34,193 nucleotides of DNA. Source: an uncultured Acidobacteriota bacterium. GTDB lineage: Bacteria > Acidobacteriota > Vicinamibacteria > Fen-336 > JAGNNV01. The stretch is taken from the NCBI GenBank assembly GCA_964494295.1, contig CAZBTT010000002.1, positions 1 through 34,193 on the forward strand, in the 5' to 3' direction. Below, one piece after another: positions 17,675 through 27,987 of this stretch. Every line of letters begins with the position of its first letter. Position 1 is the first letter of the stretch. The notes beneath the pieces were generated by a model that saw nothing but the letters and a program-made list of their open reading frames with translations, had not been told where the DNA came from and ran no database searches. Made by a program: the position numbers and the translations under genes.

Positions 17675-19585
17675 ATGTGCGGCATCGTGGGGATCCTTCG
17701 CCTCCATCCATCTGCTCCAAGAGTGGACGCGGAGCGGCTGACCCGCATGCGCGATGTCCTGCGCCATAGAGGACCGGACGGAGAGGGCCTCCACATCAAG
17801 GAGCCCATCGGCCTCGGCCACCGCCGTCTCGCGATCGTGGACCTCGAAGGCGGACAGCAGCCGATGTGCAACGAGGACGGCACGCTGTGGATCACCTTCA
17901 ACGGAGAGATCTACAACCATGCCTCGCTCCGCCCCGGCCTCGAGGCTCGCGGCCACCGCTACAAGACCCGCAGCGATACCGAGACCATCCTTCACCTCTA
18001 TGAAGAGATGGGGGAGCGCTGTGTCGAGCGGCTCTCCGGAATGTTCGCTTTCGCGATCTGGGATGAAAAGCGAGAGCGGTTGCTCCTCGCCCGGGACCGC
18101 CTGGGAATCAAGCCGCTCTATTACGCGATCAGCGACCAGGAGCTGGTGTTCGCTTCCGAAGTGAAGGCGCTCCTCGAAGCCGGGCACCAGGCGCGACTGA
18201 ACGATCGCGCGCTGAGCGAGTACCTGGCCACGCGGTTCGTGTCGGGAGCATCGACCCTCTTCGAAGGGGTCAAGCGGCTGGAGCCGGGAAGGACCCTCAC
18301 GTGGTCGCGCGAGGATGGCTTCGCCGAGCGGCGATACTGGTCCATTCCACCGGTGTCCGAAGACACTCACTCTCCGCCGGCCGAGCGGGCGGAGGTTCTT
18401 GCGCTTCGGTTGCGCGAAGCCGTGAAGAGCCATCTGATGAGTGATGTTCCCCTTGGGCTCTTCCTGTCCGGGGGCATCGACTCGAGCGGCATCCTCGGCC
18501 TCATGGCTCCTCTCATGCGGGAGCCGGTCCGCACCTTCGCGGTGGGTTTCGCCGAACGGGAGGCCGATGAGCTCGCCTATGCGCGGCTCGCCGCCGAACG
18601 TGCGGGATCTATTCACCACGAGATGGTCGTTTCCGCGGACCAGTTCTTCGCCGAACTGCCTCGCTTGATCTGGCATGAAGACGAACCGATGGCGTTCGCC
18701 TCGAGCGTGCCCTTGTACTTCCTTTCACGGCATGCCCGCGATCACGTCAAGGTGGTGCTCACCGGCGAGGGCGCGGACGAGCTATTCCTCGGCTACAACC
18801 GTTATCGCGTCACCGCCTGGAACGAAAGGCTCGGGCGGGCCTATGCGTCGATGCTTCCCCAGGCCGCCCGCCGCGGCGTGCGCGGACTGGTGAAGCGCCT
18901 TCCGCGCCAGGCCGGCCGCTACCTCGAGCGGAGTTTCCTCGGCCAGCCGCCCGGCATGAGGTCTTTGTTCTGCGAAAACTTCGCGGTGTTCGATTCCTCG
19001 CGCCGGGAACGTCTGGTCGACCCGCAGATGCTCGGGAGTTCGGGGGATGCCCACGGTGAGGAAATGCGCTGCTACGACGAAGCTTCAGGTACGCCCCTCG
19101 ATCGCATGAGCCGGGCGGACCTTCAGACCTACCTGGGTCGGCTCCTGATGAAGCAGGACACGATGAGCATGGCCGCCTCGATCGAGAGCCGCGTGCCTTT
19201 TCTCGACCACGAGCTTGTCGAGCACGTCGCCGCGTTGCCTTCTTCGGCCAAGCTCCGGGGCTTCACCACGAAAGCGATTCTGCGCGACGCCCTCAAAGAT
19301 ATCGTTCCGAAGGAAATTCTGGCGCGCCCGAAGATGGGTTTCCCGGTTCCTCTCGGACCCTGGCTCGCCGGGCCTTTCTTCTCCGTGGTTCGCGAGTTCG
19401 TCCTCTCGCCCCGGGCGAGCGGACGGGGCCTGTTTCAGCCGAAGGCGATCGCGCGCCTCGTCGAGGAGCATCGCACCGGTGCGGTCGACCATGGCGAGCG
19501 CCTGTGGCTTCTCGTCAATCTCGAGATCTGGCATCGCGTGTTCGTCGACCGGGAGAGCGCGTCCTCGGTCATGAAGGCGGCCTGA
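17675..19585 (+). CDS. Asparagine synthase (glutamine-hydrolysing)-like amidotransferase (copy 2)
   Basis: MCGIVGI start (Cys2), RDRLGIKPLYY, SGGIDSS PP-loop, LTGEGADELFLGY, LWLLVNLEIWHRVF tail. Starts 2 nt after the upstream TAG. Confidence 0.92.
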   Translation: MCGIVGILRLHPSAPRVDAERLTRMRDVLRHRGPDGEGLHIKEPIGLGHRRLAIVDLEGGQQPMCNEDGTLWITFNGEIYNHASLRPGLEARGHRYKTRSDTETILHLYEEMGERCVERLSGMFAFAIWDEKRERLLLARDRLGIKPLYYAISDQELVFASEVKALLEAGHQARLNDRALSEYLATRFVSGASTLFEGVKRLEPGRTLTWSREDGFAERRYWSIPPVSEDTHSPPAERAEVLALRLREAVKSHLMSDVPLGLFLSGGIDSSGILGLMAPLMREPVRTFAVGFAEREADELAYARLAAERAGSIHHEMVVSADQFFAELPRLIWHEDEPMAFASSVPLYFLSRHARDHVKVVLTGEGADELFLGYNRYRVTAWNERLGRAYASMLPQAARRGVRGLVKRLPRQAGRYLERSFLGQPPGMRSLFCENFAVFDSSRRERLVDPQMLGSSGDAHGEEMRCYDEASGTPLDRMSRADLQTYLGRLLMKQDTMSMAASIESRVPFLDHELVEHVAALPSSAKLRGFTTKAILRDALKDIVPKEILARPKMGFPVPLGPWLAGPFFSVVREFVLSPRASGRGLFQPKAIARLVEEHRTGAVDHGERLWLLVNLEIWHRVFVDRESASSVMKAA

Positions 19586-19590
19586 GCCCG

Positions 19591-20769
<1,179 letters not shown>

Positions 20770-20800
20770 GCATCAAGATCCTGTGCGTCGTCGGGAGCGC

Positions 20801-21961
20801 ATGAGATCCGAGGCAGAAATGTCGGCAACGCCGCGCGCGCGCCTGGAAGATCGCCTCGAGGTGGAAGAACTGGGCTCGATGGTCGCCTTCCTGGCCCTCG
20901 AATCCGAGTGGAACGCGCTCGTCGAAGCCAGCGTCGCCTTGCCGTTCCTCCGCCACGAGTGCATACGAGCCTGGCTCTTCAACTTCGCACCCGCCTCGCG
21001 GCTCGCGATCCTGATTGCACGAGACCAGGGCGGGAACCTCGTCGCCGCCCTTCCACTGGTCCTGGAGCGGGGCTTTGTCTGCGGCCTGCCCGCCCGACAG
21101 CTGGTGGCCGCGGCCAACACGCACTCCTCAAGGTTCGACCTCATCGCCCTGGACCCGCGGAACGCCGGCCGCGCCTTCCTCGACTATCTGGTCCAAAGGC
21201 CGGGCTGGGACCTCCTGCGGATCATCGATGTGCACGAAGGGGGCGCGGCCTGGCAGATGTACCGCGCGGCCGAGGAGCTGGGGCTTCCGGTGGGGGCCTG
21301 GGAGGGAGAGCGCAGCCCGTATCTCGCCTTTCCCTCCACTTACGAGGAACTGCTCGCGACCAAGAGTCCGGCGTTTCGGGCGAACCTCCGCCGTCGTCGC
21401 CGGCAACTCGAGAAAGCCGGAGTCCTGACCCTGGAACGTGTCACCAGCCGCGAGGGCCTGATCGAGCGACTCGACGAAGGCCTGGCACTCGAGCGCAGCG
21501 GTTGGAAGGGAAGGCGGGGCACCGCGATCGCGCAGGACAAGCGAACGCGCGATTTCTACACCGATGTCGCGAAGGCCGCGGCTCTTCACGGCTACCTGTC
21601 GCTCTTCTTTCTGCGCCTCGACGGCCGGCCCATCGCGTTTCACTTTGGCCTGGTGCACGACGGCATCTACTCAGTGCCGAAGCTCGCCTACGACGAAGCG
21701 CTTCGGGGCGCGAGTCCGGGCCTCGTGCTGGTGGAAGAGGTGATCAAGGACGGCATCTCGCGCGGATTGCGCGGGTACGACTTTCTGGGCGCCGAGGCCG
21801 AGTGGAAGAACAAATGGAGCTCGAGCGTGCGGCCGAACCACTGGCTCTTCATCTTTCGCGACACGCTCCTCGGACGCGCGCTGCGCAGGGCGAAGTTCGG
21901 CTGGCTGCCCGCGGCCCGGCGCGTCCTTCAAGGCGTCGAGAAGATGGGAGCGGCGGAATGA
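20801..21961 (+). CDS. GNAT-fold CelD/FemAB-related protein (copy 2)
   Basis: Close paralog of copy 3 (shared ...SRFDLIA/...LRFDLLT, GWKGRRG/GWKGRQR, YDFLGAEAEWKNKWSSSVRPNHWLFIFRD versus FDFLGCDLPWKLEWTSTVRPHYWLFIFRD). Start is ATG 20801 or ATG 20819. Confidence 0.8.
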   Translation: MRSEAEMSATPRARLEDRLEVEELGSMVAFLALESEWNALVEASVALPFLRHECIRAWLFNFAPASRLAILIARDQGGNLVAALPLVLERGFVCGLPARQLVAAANTHSSRFDLIALDPRNAGRAFLDYLVQRPGWDLLRIIDVHEGGAAWQMYRAAEELGLPVGAWEGERSPYLAFPSTYEELLATKSPAFRANLRRRRRQLEKAGVLTLERVTSREGLIERLDEGLALERSGWKGRRGTAIAQDKRTRDFYTDVAKAAALHGYLSLFFLRLDGRPIAFHFGLVHDGIYSVPKLAYDEALRGASPGLVLVEEVIKDGISRGLRGYDFLGAEAEWKNKWSSSVRPNHWLFIFRDTLLGRALRRAKFGWLPAARRVLQGVEKMGAAE

Positions 21962-23115
21962 GCGCGCCCCAGATCTTCGTGCCCGCGTTTCCCACCATCC
22001 AGCCGGAGATGCTGCTGGGGTTGCGGCGCGGGTCGCTCGCGGCCCGCCATCCCTTCAAGGCGCCCTCGGCTCGTCCTTTCTACTTCGCGCGAAACGCGAT
22101 ATGGCACGCGGCTTTGGCCCTCGGACTCGACGAGGGCGAGGTGGTGGTTCCGGCCTACCATCACGGGGTCGAGATCGAAGCTCTCCTCGACGCGGGCGCC
22201 CGGCTGCGGTTTTATGCAGTCGGACCGAGGTTCGAGATCGACCTCGAGGAAGTCGAACGTCTCATCGGACCGGAAACGAAAGCGCTTTACCTCACGCACT
22301 TCCTCGGCTTCCCGGGTCCGGTTCGCGCCATGAAAGCGCTCGCGGTGAAGCACCGCCTTCCCCTCATCGAGGACTGTGCTCTGGCCCTCTTCTCTGCCGA
22401 CGGCGACCTCCCCCTCGGCGTTACCGGCGACGTGTCGATCTTCTGTCTCTACAAGGTCCTCGCCGTTCCCGATGGCGGACTGCTCGTCCATCCGGAAGGG
22501 GAGAGAGGGATGGCACAGAAGGGTCCGCGCCCGCCCCTCGCCTCGAGTGTCGCGGCCGTGACCTCCTCGACGCTGCGCAACGTCGCGCTCCGGGGCGGCA
22601 GAGTCGGACGAGGCCTGCGAGCCCTGGTCCTGGGCCTGGGCCACGGCGCGCTCAAAGCCTCGAAGGTGAAACCCGTTCTGGCCGGCACGCAGTTCTTCAA
22701 TCGTGATCATGCGCATCTTGGGATGAGCCGCTTCACCGAGCATCTGCTCGGGGGCCAGGATGTGCCAGGGATCATCGAACGCCGACGCCGTAACTACCTC
22801 TACCTGCTCGAGCGTCTCCGCGATGTGTCGCCGCCTCTCTTCGACGAGCTTCCACCCGGCGTGGTGCCGCTGTGTTATCCGATGCTCGTCTTTGACAACC
22901 GCGCTTTCATGGAAGAGCTCGTGGGCCGGGGGATCGAGGCCGTCGATTTCTGGCGTGAGGGTCACCCGGCCTGTGATGTCTCCCGTTTCCCCGAGGTGGC
23001 CCGGCTGCGCCGAAGCCTCGTGGAGATTCCCTGCCACCAGGACGTCGACCTCGAAACACTCTCGGTCATGGTGGGTGTGATTCGCGACGTTCTGCAACGT
23101 CACCCGAGGGCGTGA
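21958..23115 (+). CDS. DegT/DnrJ/EryC1/StrS-like PLP-dependent aminotransferase-fold protein
   Basis: ARNAIWHAALALGLDEGEVVVPAYHHGVEIEAL, LIEDCALALFS, and a candidate Schiff-base lysine in DVSIFCLYKVLAVPDGGLLV. ATGA overlap with the upstream gene. Confidence 0.72.
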   Translation: MSAPQIFVPAFPTIQPEMLLGLRRGSLAARHPFKAPSARPFYFARNAIWHAALALGLDEGEVVVPAYHHGVEIEALLDAGARLRFYAVGPRFEIDLEEVERLIGPETKALYLTHFLGFPGPVRAMKALAVKHRLPLIEDCALALFSADGDLPLGVTGDVSIFCLYKVLAVPDGGLLVHPEGERGMAQKGPRPPLASSVAAVTSSTLRNVALRGGRVGRGLRALVLGLGHGALKASKVKPVLAGTQFFNRDHAHLGMSRFTEHLLGGQDVPGIIERRRRNYLYLLERLRDVSPPLFDELPPGVVPLCYPMLVFDNRAFMEELVGRGIEAVDFWREGHPACDVSRFPEVARLRRSLVEIPCHQDVDLETLSVMVGVIRDVLQRHPRA

Positions 23116-24260
23116 TGGCCACCGAGGACCTCAAGGAACTCTCCGCCTTCTCCATCATCCGCGACGACTGGAATGGCCTCGTGGACGCGAGCGACCCCCA
23201 GCCTTTCTACCGCCACGAATACATCAAGGCGTTCATGGCGAACTTCCTCGAGGGAGCGCCGCTCGAAGTAGTGACCGTGCGCGACTCGTCGGGCCGGTTG
23301 ACCGCAGCCCTTCCCCTTGCCGTCGGGCGTGGCTCGATCTGCGGCATCGGCACGCGCGAACTGGCCTCGCCAACCAATGTCCACTCGCTGCGCTTCGACC
23401 TCTTGACCGCAGCGGGAACGGAGCCTCTGATCGATGAGGCCGCGCACGTCGTGTTCCAACATCTGGCCGCAGACAAACGCTGGGATGTTCTGAGACTCAC
23501 GGACATCCCGGAAGGCGGCAAGGCCTGGCGTGTGTATGCGGCGGCCCAGACGGCCGGATTTCCGGTGGGGGCCTGGAAGTCCCAGTGCAGTCCTTACATT
23601 GCACTTCCCGATTCGCAGGATGCCCTGATGAACCGTCTGAGCGCCAAGTTCAGGGCAAACCTGCGGCGGCGCAGGAAACGCCTCGCCGAGAATGGGGAAA
23701 TCACGTTCGAGCGTCTCTCGGGAACCGCCTTATCGCCCCACCATCTGGACGAGTCCCTGGTCATGGAGTCCGGTGGCTGGAAGGGTCGCCAGAGAAGTGC
23801 GGTGAACCAGAGCGAGGCCAGCCACGGCTTCCATCGAGAACTGTTTCTGGACCCGGAATACCGGGAGCGGCTCTCGCTCTTCCGCCTGAAGCTTCAAGGC
23901 CAGCCGATCGCATTCCAGTACGGAATCACGACGAACGACGTGTTTTCGCTGGTGATGACCAGCTATGACGAGTCTTTCTCAGCATTTAGTCCAGGTCATC
24001 TCCTCACCGAGGACGTGCTCAAGGACTGTGTGTCCCGCGGGCTTCGGGAGTTCGACTTCCTGGGGTGCGATCTTCCCTGGAAACTCGAGTGGACAAGCAC
24101 AGTCAGGCCACATTACTGGCTCTTCATCTTCCGGGACAGCGCGCGTGGACGTTTGCTTCGGAAGATCAAGTTCTCGTGGGTCCAAACGGCCCGCCAATTG
24201 CTTACAAAGTGGCGTATGCCTGCGTTGCCCAATCCTCGCCTGCCGAGGGTATCCCAGTGA
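23112..24260 (+). CDS. GNAT-fold CelD/FemAB-related protein (copy 3)
   Basis: See copy 2. GTG 23112 (GTGA overlap) or ATG 23115. Ends in a GTGA overlap with the next gene. Confidence 0.8.
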   Translation: MMATEDLKELSAFSIIRDDWNGLVDASDPQPFYRHEYIKAFMANFLEGAPLEVVTVRDSSGRLTAALPLAVGRGSICGIGTRELASPTNVHSLRFDLLTAAGTEPLIDEAAHVVFQHLAADKRWDVLRLTDIPEGGKAWRVYAAAQTAGFPVGAWKSQCSPYIALPDSQDALMNRLSAKFRANLRRRRKRLAENGEITFERLSGTALSPHHLDESLVMESGGWKGRQRSAVNQSEASHGFHRELFLDPEYRERLSLFRLKLQGQPIAFQYGITTNDVFSLVMTSYDESFSAFSPGHLLTEDVLKDCVSRGLREFDFLGCDLPWKLEWTSTVRPHYWLFIFRDSARGRLLRKIKFSWVQTARQLLTKWRMPALPNPRLPRVSQ

Positions 24261-26992
24261 CGAGCCTGCTCGTCGTCCTGATGGCCGCGGCCCTCTCTCA
24301 GGGAAGGGTCGAGTTGCCTCGTGCCCAGGTGGATGTCGCCTACCCTGCTCTCACCGGCCGGACGATTCGCGTCGCCGCCGCGGACGACTTCCAGGCCGCG
24401 CTTGAAGCGGCGCGTCCCGGCGACGAAATCACCCTTGCCGCGGGTGCTACGTTCACGGGCCCTTTCACTCTCCCCGCAAAAACCGGAACGGGCTGGATTG
24501 TCGTGCGGTCGAACGAGAGCGGACGCCTGACCAAGGGCAAACGGGTCAGGCCCGAAGACGCGGCATTCATGCCCAAGCTCGAATCGCGTTGGGGAGCGGT
24601 GATCAGCGCGGAGAGCGGGTCGCATCACTTCCGCTTCGTGGGCATGGAGATAAGGCCGGCTCAGAATGCATTCCTCACGAACGTCGTTCTGTTGGGATCC
24701 CGGGAAACCGTGCTGTCCGAAGTCCCCCACCACTTCGTTATCGATCGCTGTTTCATCCACGGGGACCCGGTTCGCGGTTCGCGCCGCGGCGTTGCCCTTG
24801 GATCGGAGGAAACCGCGGTCATCGACTCTTGGATTTCGGATTTCAAGGAGGGGACGGCCGACTCTCAGGCGATCGCGGGTTGGAACGGGCCCGGTCCCTA
24901 CCGTATCGAGAACAACTATCTCGAGGGCGCCGGTGAGAACCTGATGTTCGGCGGCGCCGACCCGCGGGTGCAGGGCCTCGTGCCCTCCGATATCGAGATC
25001 CTCCGGAACCACTTCAAGAAACCGCTCACCTGGAAGACCGGCGACCCGGCCTACGGGGGCGCCAAGTGGACGATCAAGAACCTGCTCGAACTCAAGAACG
25101 CGCGGCGCGTTCTGATCGCTGGGAATCTCTTCGAGCAGAACTGGGTCGCCGCGCAGAGTGGTTTCGCCATTCTCTTCACGGTCCGGAACCAGGACGGCAA
25201 GTCCCCCTGGTCGGTCGTGGAAGACGTCACCTTTGAGCACAACGTCATCCGCCACAGCGCTTCCGGCGTCAACATCCTCGGTCAGGACGATGCCGCCCCG
25301 AGCGGGCGCACCGCGCGCATCGCTATTCGCAACAATCTCTTCGAGGATATCGGCGGCGATCGCTGGGGAGGAGGCGGGCGACTCTTCCAGATTCTGCAGG
25401 GAGCCCGGGACGTGTCCATCGAGCACAACACCGCGCTCCAGACCGGCAGCATCGTGATGGCCGAGGGTCCGCCGAATCCAGGCTTCGTGTACAGAGACAA
25501 CATCGCGCCGCATAACGCGCAGGGCATTGTGGGCACCGGCGTCTCCTCGGGCCTCCCCACGCGCGCGGCCTTCTTCCCGGATGGGGTGTTCCGTCGGAAT
25601 GTGATCGCGGGCGGCGAGGCTTCGAACTATCCGCCCGACAACTTCTTCCCGGATTCGCTCGAGGACGTGGGTTTCGTGAACCGTAAGAGCCGCGACTATC
25701 GATTGAGCCCTTCGAGTCTCTACAGGCGGGCTGCGAGCGATGGGTCCGATGTGGGCGTCAACTACGAGAAGCTGCGTGACGCCCTTTCCGCAGCCACCGC
25801 TGCGCCGGCTCAGGGTGCGCTGATCGATCCGGCCGGCTCGGCTGAAACCGGACCCTGGATGACGCAATCGGTGTTCTGGCTATCGGTGTTGCTCCTCGGC
25901 TACGCGAACGTGGGTTATCCGGCCCTGCTGCTCCTTTGGGCTCGCGTGCGTCCCCGGCCGTTTCGGAAGGGGACACTCGAGCCGCGCGTGACCATGGTCA
26001 TCGCCGCCCACAATGAGCAGGGGGCGATCGGGGCCCGCCTGAACAACGTCCTCTCCCTCGACTATCCGAAGGATCGCTTCGATATCCTGCTTGGCCTCGA
26101 CGGTTGCTCGGACCAGACCGCCGAAGTCGCGCGCTTCCATGAAAGCGAGCGGGTCCGTGTTGTCGAGTTCGAGACCCGGCGCGGGAAACCGAGCGTCCTC
26201 AACGCGCTCCTGCCCATGGCGGGCGGGGACATCGTGGTGTTTGGAGACGCGCGGCAAAGATACGGCCGCGGCGCGCTCAAAGCTCTCGTGGCCCCTTTCG
26301 CGGACCCCGAAGTCGGGGCGGTGACGGGCGAACTGATCCTGACTGCGGGCGAGGGCCGGCCGCTCGAGAAGGGTCTGGGTCTCTACTGGCGAGTAGAGAA
26401 GGCGATTCGTCGCAGCGAGAGTGAAGTGGGTTCCGTAGTGGGGGCTACGGGCGCCATCTATGCGATGCGTCGCGAGTTGTTCGAGCCGCTTCCGCCGGAC
26501 ACCATTCTCGATGACGTCCTCGCTCCGATGCGCGTGGTCCGTCGCGGTTTCCGCGTCGTCTTCGAGCCCCTGGCCCGCGCCTACGACAAGGCGCCCACGT
26601 CCCTGGGCGGGGAGTTCGCCCGGAAGGTGCGAACGATCTCCGGAAACTTCCAGCTGTTCGCGCGCGAGCACTGGCTGCTTGGCTTCGGCAATCCGCTGCT
26701 GATCCAGACCCTGTCGCACAAGGGCCTTCGCCTGCTCACGCCGTTGCTGCTTCTGATGGCCCTTGGCGCGAATCTCTTGCTTCTCGACCGTCCTCTCTTC
26801 CAGTTGATCCTGCTGGCCCAGATTGCCTTCTACCTCACCGCGATCTTCGGACACTCCCTACGGAACCTGAAGATCCCCGGTCTCGGCGTGCCCTACGTCG
26901 TCTGCATGCTGGCAAGCGCCACCGCACTCGCCTTCTTCCGGCACGCGAGCAGCCGGCAAAAAGTGACATGGGTGAGGGAGGGAGAGGTATGA
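24257..26992 (+). CDS. Fusion protein: signal/anchor plus right-handed beta-helix (pectin-lyase-fold) domain, TM helix, synthase-like GT2 glycosyltransferase, C-terminal TM bundle
   Basis: The N-terminus VTSLLVVLMAAALSQG is hydrophobic. About 530 aa follow with beta-helix-type repeats (ARPGDEITLAAGATFTGPFTLPAKTGTGWIVVRS; NNYLEGAGENLMFGG; FEHNVIRHS; IEHNTALQ; YRDNIAPHN). From in-frame ATG 25859 comes a complete GT2: TM FWLSVLLLGYANVGYPALLLLW, VTMVIAAHNE, LGLDGCSDQT, VFGDARQ, GATGAIYAMRRELF, FARKVRTISGNFQ, then about 3 C-terminal TM helices. Confidence 0.82.
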   Translation: MTSLLVVLMAAALSQGRVELPRAQVDVAYPALTGRTIRVAAADDFQAALEAARPGDEITLAAGATFTGPFTLPAKTGTGWIVVRSNESGRLTKGKRVRPEDAAFMPKLESRWGAVISAESGSHHFRFVGMEIRPAQNAFLTNVVLLGSRETVLSEVPHHFVIDRCFIHGDPVRGSRRGVALGSEETAVIDSWISDFKEGTADSQAIAGWNGPGPYRIENNYLEGAGENLMFGGADPRVQGLVPSDIEILRNHFKKPLTWKTGDPAYGGAKWTIKNLLELKNARRVLIAGNLFEQNWVAAQSGFAILFTVRNQDGKSPWSVVEDVTFEHNVIRHSASGVNILGQDDAAPSGRTARIAIRNNLFEDIGGDRWGGGGRLFQILQGARDVSIEHNTALQTGSIVMAEGPPNPGFVYRDNIAPHNAQGIVGTGVSSGLPTRAAFFPDGVFRRNVIAGGEASNYPPDNFFPDSLEDVGFVNRKSRDYRLSPSSLYRRAASDGSDVGVNYEKLRDALSAATAAPAQGALIDPAGSAETGPWMTQSVFWLSVLLLGYANVGYPALLLLWARVRPRPFRKGTLEPRVTMVIAAHNEQGAIGARLNNVLSLDYPKDRFDILLGLDGCSDQTAEVARFHESERVRVVEFETRRGKPSVLNALLPMAGGDIVVFGDARQRYGRGALKALVAPFADPEVGAVTGELILTAGEGRPLEKGLGLYWRVEKAIRRSESEVGSVVGATGAIYAMRRELFEPLPPDTILDDVLAPMRVVRRGFRVVFEPLARAYDKAPTSLGGEFARKVRTISGNFQLFAREHWLLGFGNPLLIQTLSHKGLRLLTPLLLLMALGANLLLLDRPLFQLILLAQIAFYLTAIFGHSLRNLKIPGLGVPYVVCMLASATALAFFRHASSRQKVTWVREGEV

Positions 26993-27987
26993 GCCTCGTC
27001 CTCCAACGCCCGGATGGCACGGTCGAGATCGAGGAGCGCGCGGGCACGACGCGCCTTGTGACCGCTCGTCCGAAGGGGAGCGCTTCCCTCTCCTGCTCGA
27101 CCACCTATCCCATCGATCTCATCGAAGCGATCCTTGACGTCAAGGGCGCGGCGTGGGTGTGCGATGAGATCACCCGCGATCAGGACCCCGAATCGATCCA
27201 GCGCTTCTTCGAGAACGACTTTCTGCCCTACGTCAGCGCCGCGGAATTCGAAGGGAAGAGAGTGCTTGATTTCGGGTGCGGGTCGGGCGCCTCCACGATG
27301 GTCCTCGCCCGGATGTTCCCACGCTCGCGCATCGTCGGGATTGAACTCTCGCCGGAGTACCTCGACCTCGCACGAAGGAGACTGCGGTTCTACGGATACG
27401 GAAACGTCGAGTTTCTCCTCTCGCCCTCCGGCACGAGTCTGCCCGAGGGCCTCGGTCAGTTCGACTTCATCGTGATGAGCGCGGTGTTCGAACATCTCCT
27501 GCCGGACGAGCGCCGAACGATCATGCCGCGATTGTGGTCTCACCTGGCGCCCGGAGGCCGGCTGCTCCTCAATCAGACGCCCCATCGCTTCTTCCCCTTC
27601 GAGAGACACACCACGGGTCTGCCCTTCATCAACTATCTGCCCGACCGCGTCGCGCACTTCGTTTCGCGCCGTTTCTCCAACCGTTCGCTCGAACGGGAAT
27701 CCTGGGAGTCCCTGCTGAGAAAAGGGATCCGGGGCGCCACCGAACGCGAAATCCTCGCGAGTCTGGGGCCGTTGGCGAGCGGCGCACTCGTGGCGCCTCG
27801 GCAACCCGAGTATCGCGACCGCGTCGACGTCTGGTACGCGGCTCTCGGACCGCGGCATCGGCCGATGAAGGCCGCCGTCCGAGAGATGCTGCGCGTGGTC
27901 GAACGCGTGTCTGGCACCACGCTGGTCGTCAACCTGGCCCTTGCGATCTCCAAGGCCCCGGGCGTTCCGCGAGAGGCCCGCGTATGA
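26989..27987 (+). CDS. Class I SAM-dependent methyltransferase
   Basis: Motif I is VLDFGCGSGAST, then IVGIELS, then FDFIVMSAVFEHL..LAPGGRLLL. ATGA overlaps on both sides. Confidence 0.82.
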   Translation: MSLVLQRPDGTVEIEERAGTTRLVTARPKGSASLSCSTTYPIDLIEAILDVKGAAWVCDEITRDQDPESIQRFFENDFLPYVSAAEFEGKRVLDFGCGSGASTMVLARMFPRSRIVGIELSPEYLDLARRRLRFYGYGNVEFLLSPSGTSLPEGLGQFDFIVMSAVFEHLLPDERRTIMPRLWSHLAPGGRLLLNQTPHRFFPFERHTTGLPFINYLPDRVAHFVSRRFSNRSLERESWESLLRKGIRGATEREILASLGPLASGALVAPRQPEYRDRVDVWYAALGPRHRPMKAAVREMLRVVERVSGTTLVVNLALAISKAPGVPREARV

